From assembly GCA_048013815.1 (NCBI GenBank), contig CM106586.1:13144001-13208000 (forward strand): a stretch of DNA of 64,000 bases, written 5' to 3'. The notes beneath the pieces were generated by a model that did no database searches, had not been told where the DNA came from, and saw only the letters and a program-made list of their open reading frames with translations. Positions 63,094 through 64,000 of the stretch are shown one piece after another. This DNA is from Setoptus koraiensis. Lineage: Eukaryota; Animalia; Arthropoda. Numbering within the stretch: position 1 is the stretch's first letter; each line of letters starts with the position of its first letter. A program made the position numbers and the translations under genes.

Positions 63094-63111
63094 CGCGCGC
63101 GCGCGCGCGCG
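63094..63111. repeat. (CG)9 alternating tract
   Basis: Directly visible. Confidence 0.9.
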
Positions 63112-64000
63112 TCACTCAATCTTATCTCTGGTCGGTGCGCGCGTTACGTTTGCCAGCGCCAGCCATCCATCTATTCGATTCTCGATTTGATTTTATCCAG
63201 CGATATATCTGGATAAAAAGAAGAAGTAAACACCGAGCGTGCAGCGCTTTCTTCTCGCGTTTCTTTGCAGCAAATTTATTATCTTCTGCCATGTTTAGTA
63301 TCTCCTCGGGCGCGTCCTCGCGTCAGCCACTGCGTGCATCGGAAGGGGCCCCGCAACAGTGACACTGGCTGGCTGGCGGATCTCGGCGGAAAGTCGCTTG
63401 TGGGGCCCCCACTCCACTGGGCCGAGGGTTTCATTGGGCTGAGGGCTCTATTAGGGCCCTCAGCCAGTTTCGTGTCATGGGCTCGTTCGGCTGGCTGACG
63501 GCGTCTGGCGGCGCCATTCGCCCGTTGACTGGCGAGTGCGCTCCATCTGTCTGCCTGGGCACGGCGCGCGAGATGCGCCAAGATGGATGCTCAAATTCTA
63601 ACCGGGGCCCCGTGCCTATCTGGCGGCCCCATCAGCTCGCCCCATCGTCTGGGGCTCGCTCGCTCGTCTCATGCTAATAACAATACAAATGTTGTTCCGT
63701 TGTTGGCGCCAGCCACGCCAGCGCCCAAAAGGCAGCCAGTTATGCGCTTAGTTTATATGCAAATTAGTACACTTGAGTTGGTGCGAGCGGGGGCTCCGTC
63801 GCCAGTGCGTGTTTGCAACTTTCGATCTCTTCATTTGCCTTCATTTGGCCTCGCTGTCGGCCACCCGCTTGCCCGCTCTCTCGCTGCCTGCGAGCTCGTC
63901 TATCGGGCTCCCTTCTCGTCTCTAGGCGGCCCGTGCCCTTTGCGAGCGGTTGTTTATAAGAGCGGGCGCGGGTCCCGTTGGTGTCAGTGTGAGATAAATA

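Larger units (their letters stand above)
55641..64000 (+). other. Probable long intron of the ALK-like gene (>8.3 kb), GC-rich with many short tandem duplications
   Basis: Starts at GTAAGT; no Gly-rich or kinase exon recognised downstream in the window. Confidence 0.55.

Overview
Eukaryotic nuclear DNA from a small arthropod. It is most likely an acariform, possibly eriophyoid-type, mite; this is inferred from arthropod-like proteins, near-total intron loss and very tight gene packing, and is not proven. The window has three compartments. (1) ~1-25 kb: a GC/CpG-rich, CAA/TTG-microsatellite-rich region with no recognisable protein gene. It is densely seeded with two motif families: ACAGGTG(AGC) E2-boxes and TTACGTAA/TTGCGCAA-type bZIP palindromes. 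(2) ~26.4-49.5 kb: an AT-rich, compact gene block containing an orphan 183-aa gene, Tim8, D-lactate dehydrogenase, NME6, PIG-C, syntaxin-1, an intronless slicer-type Argonaute with an altered 5'-phosphate pocket, mitochondrial L27, an innexin, an orphan secreted protein with a probable decayed tandem paralogue, and listerin. The block also holds an unassigned, highly self-complementary ~380-nt element and a circularly permuted ~300-bp inverted repeat. (3) ~52-64 kb: a GC-rich domain with the 2.4-kb first coding exon of an ALK-type receptor (one MAM domain, no LDLa) and the start of a long intron. I found no tRNA, rRNA, CRISPR array or transposase ORF. Almost all short ORFs in compartments 1 and 3 are low-complexity artefacts. 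All counts and alignments were done by eye.
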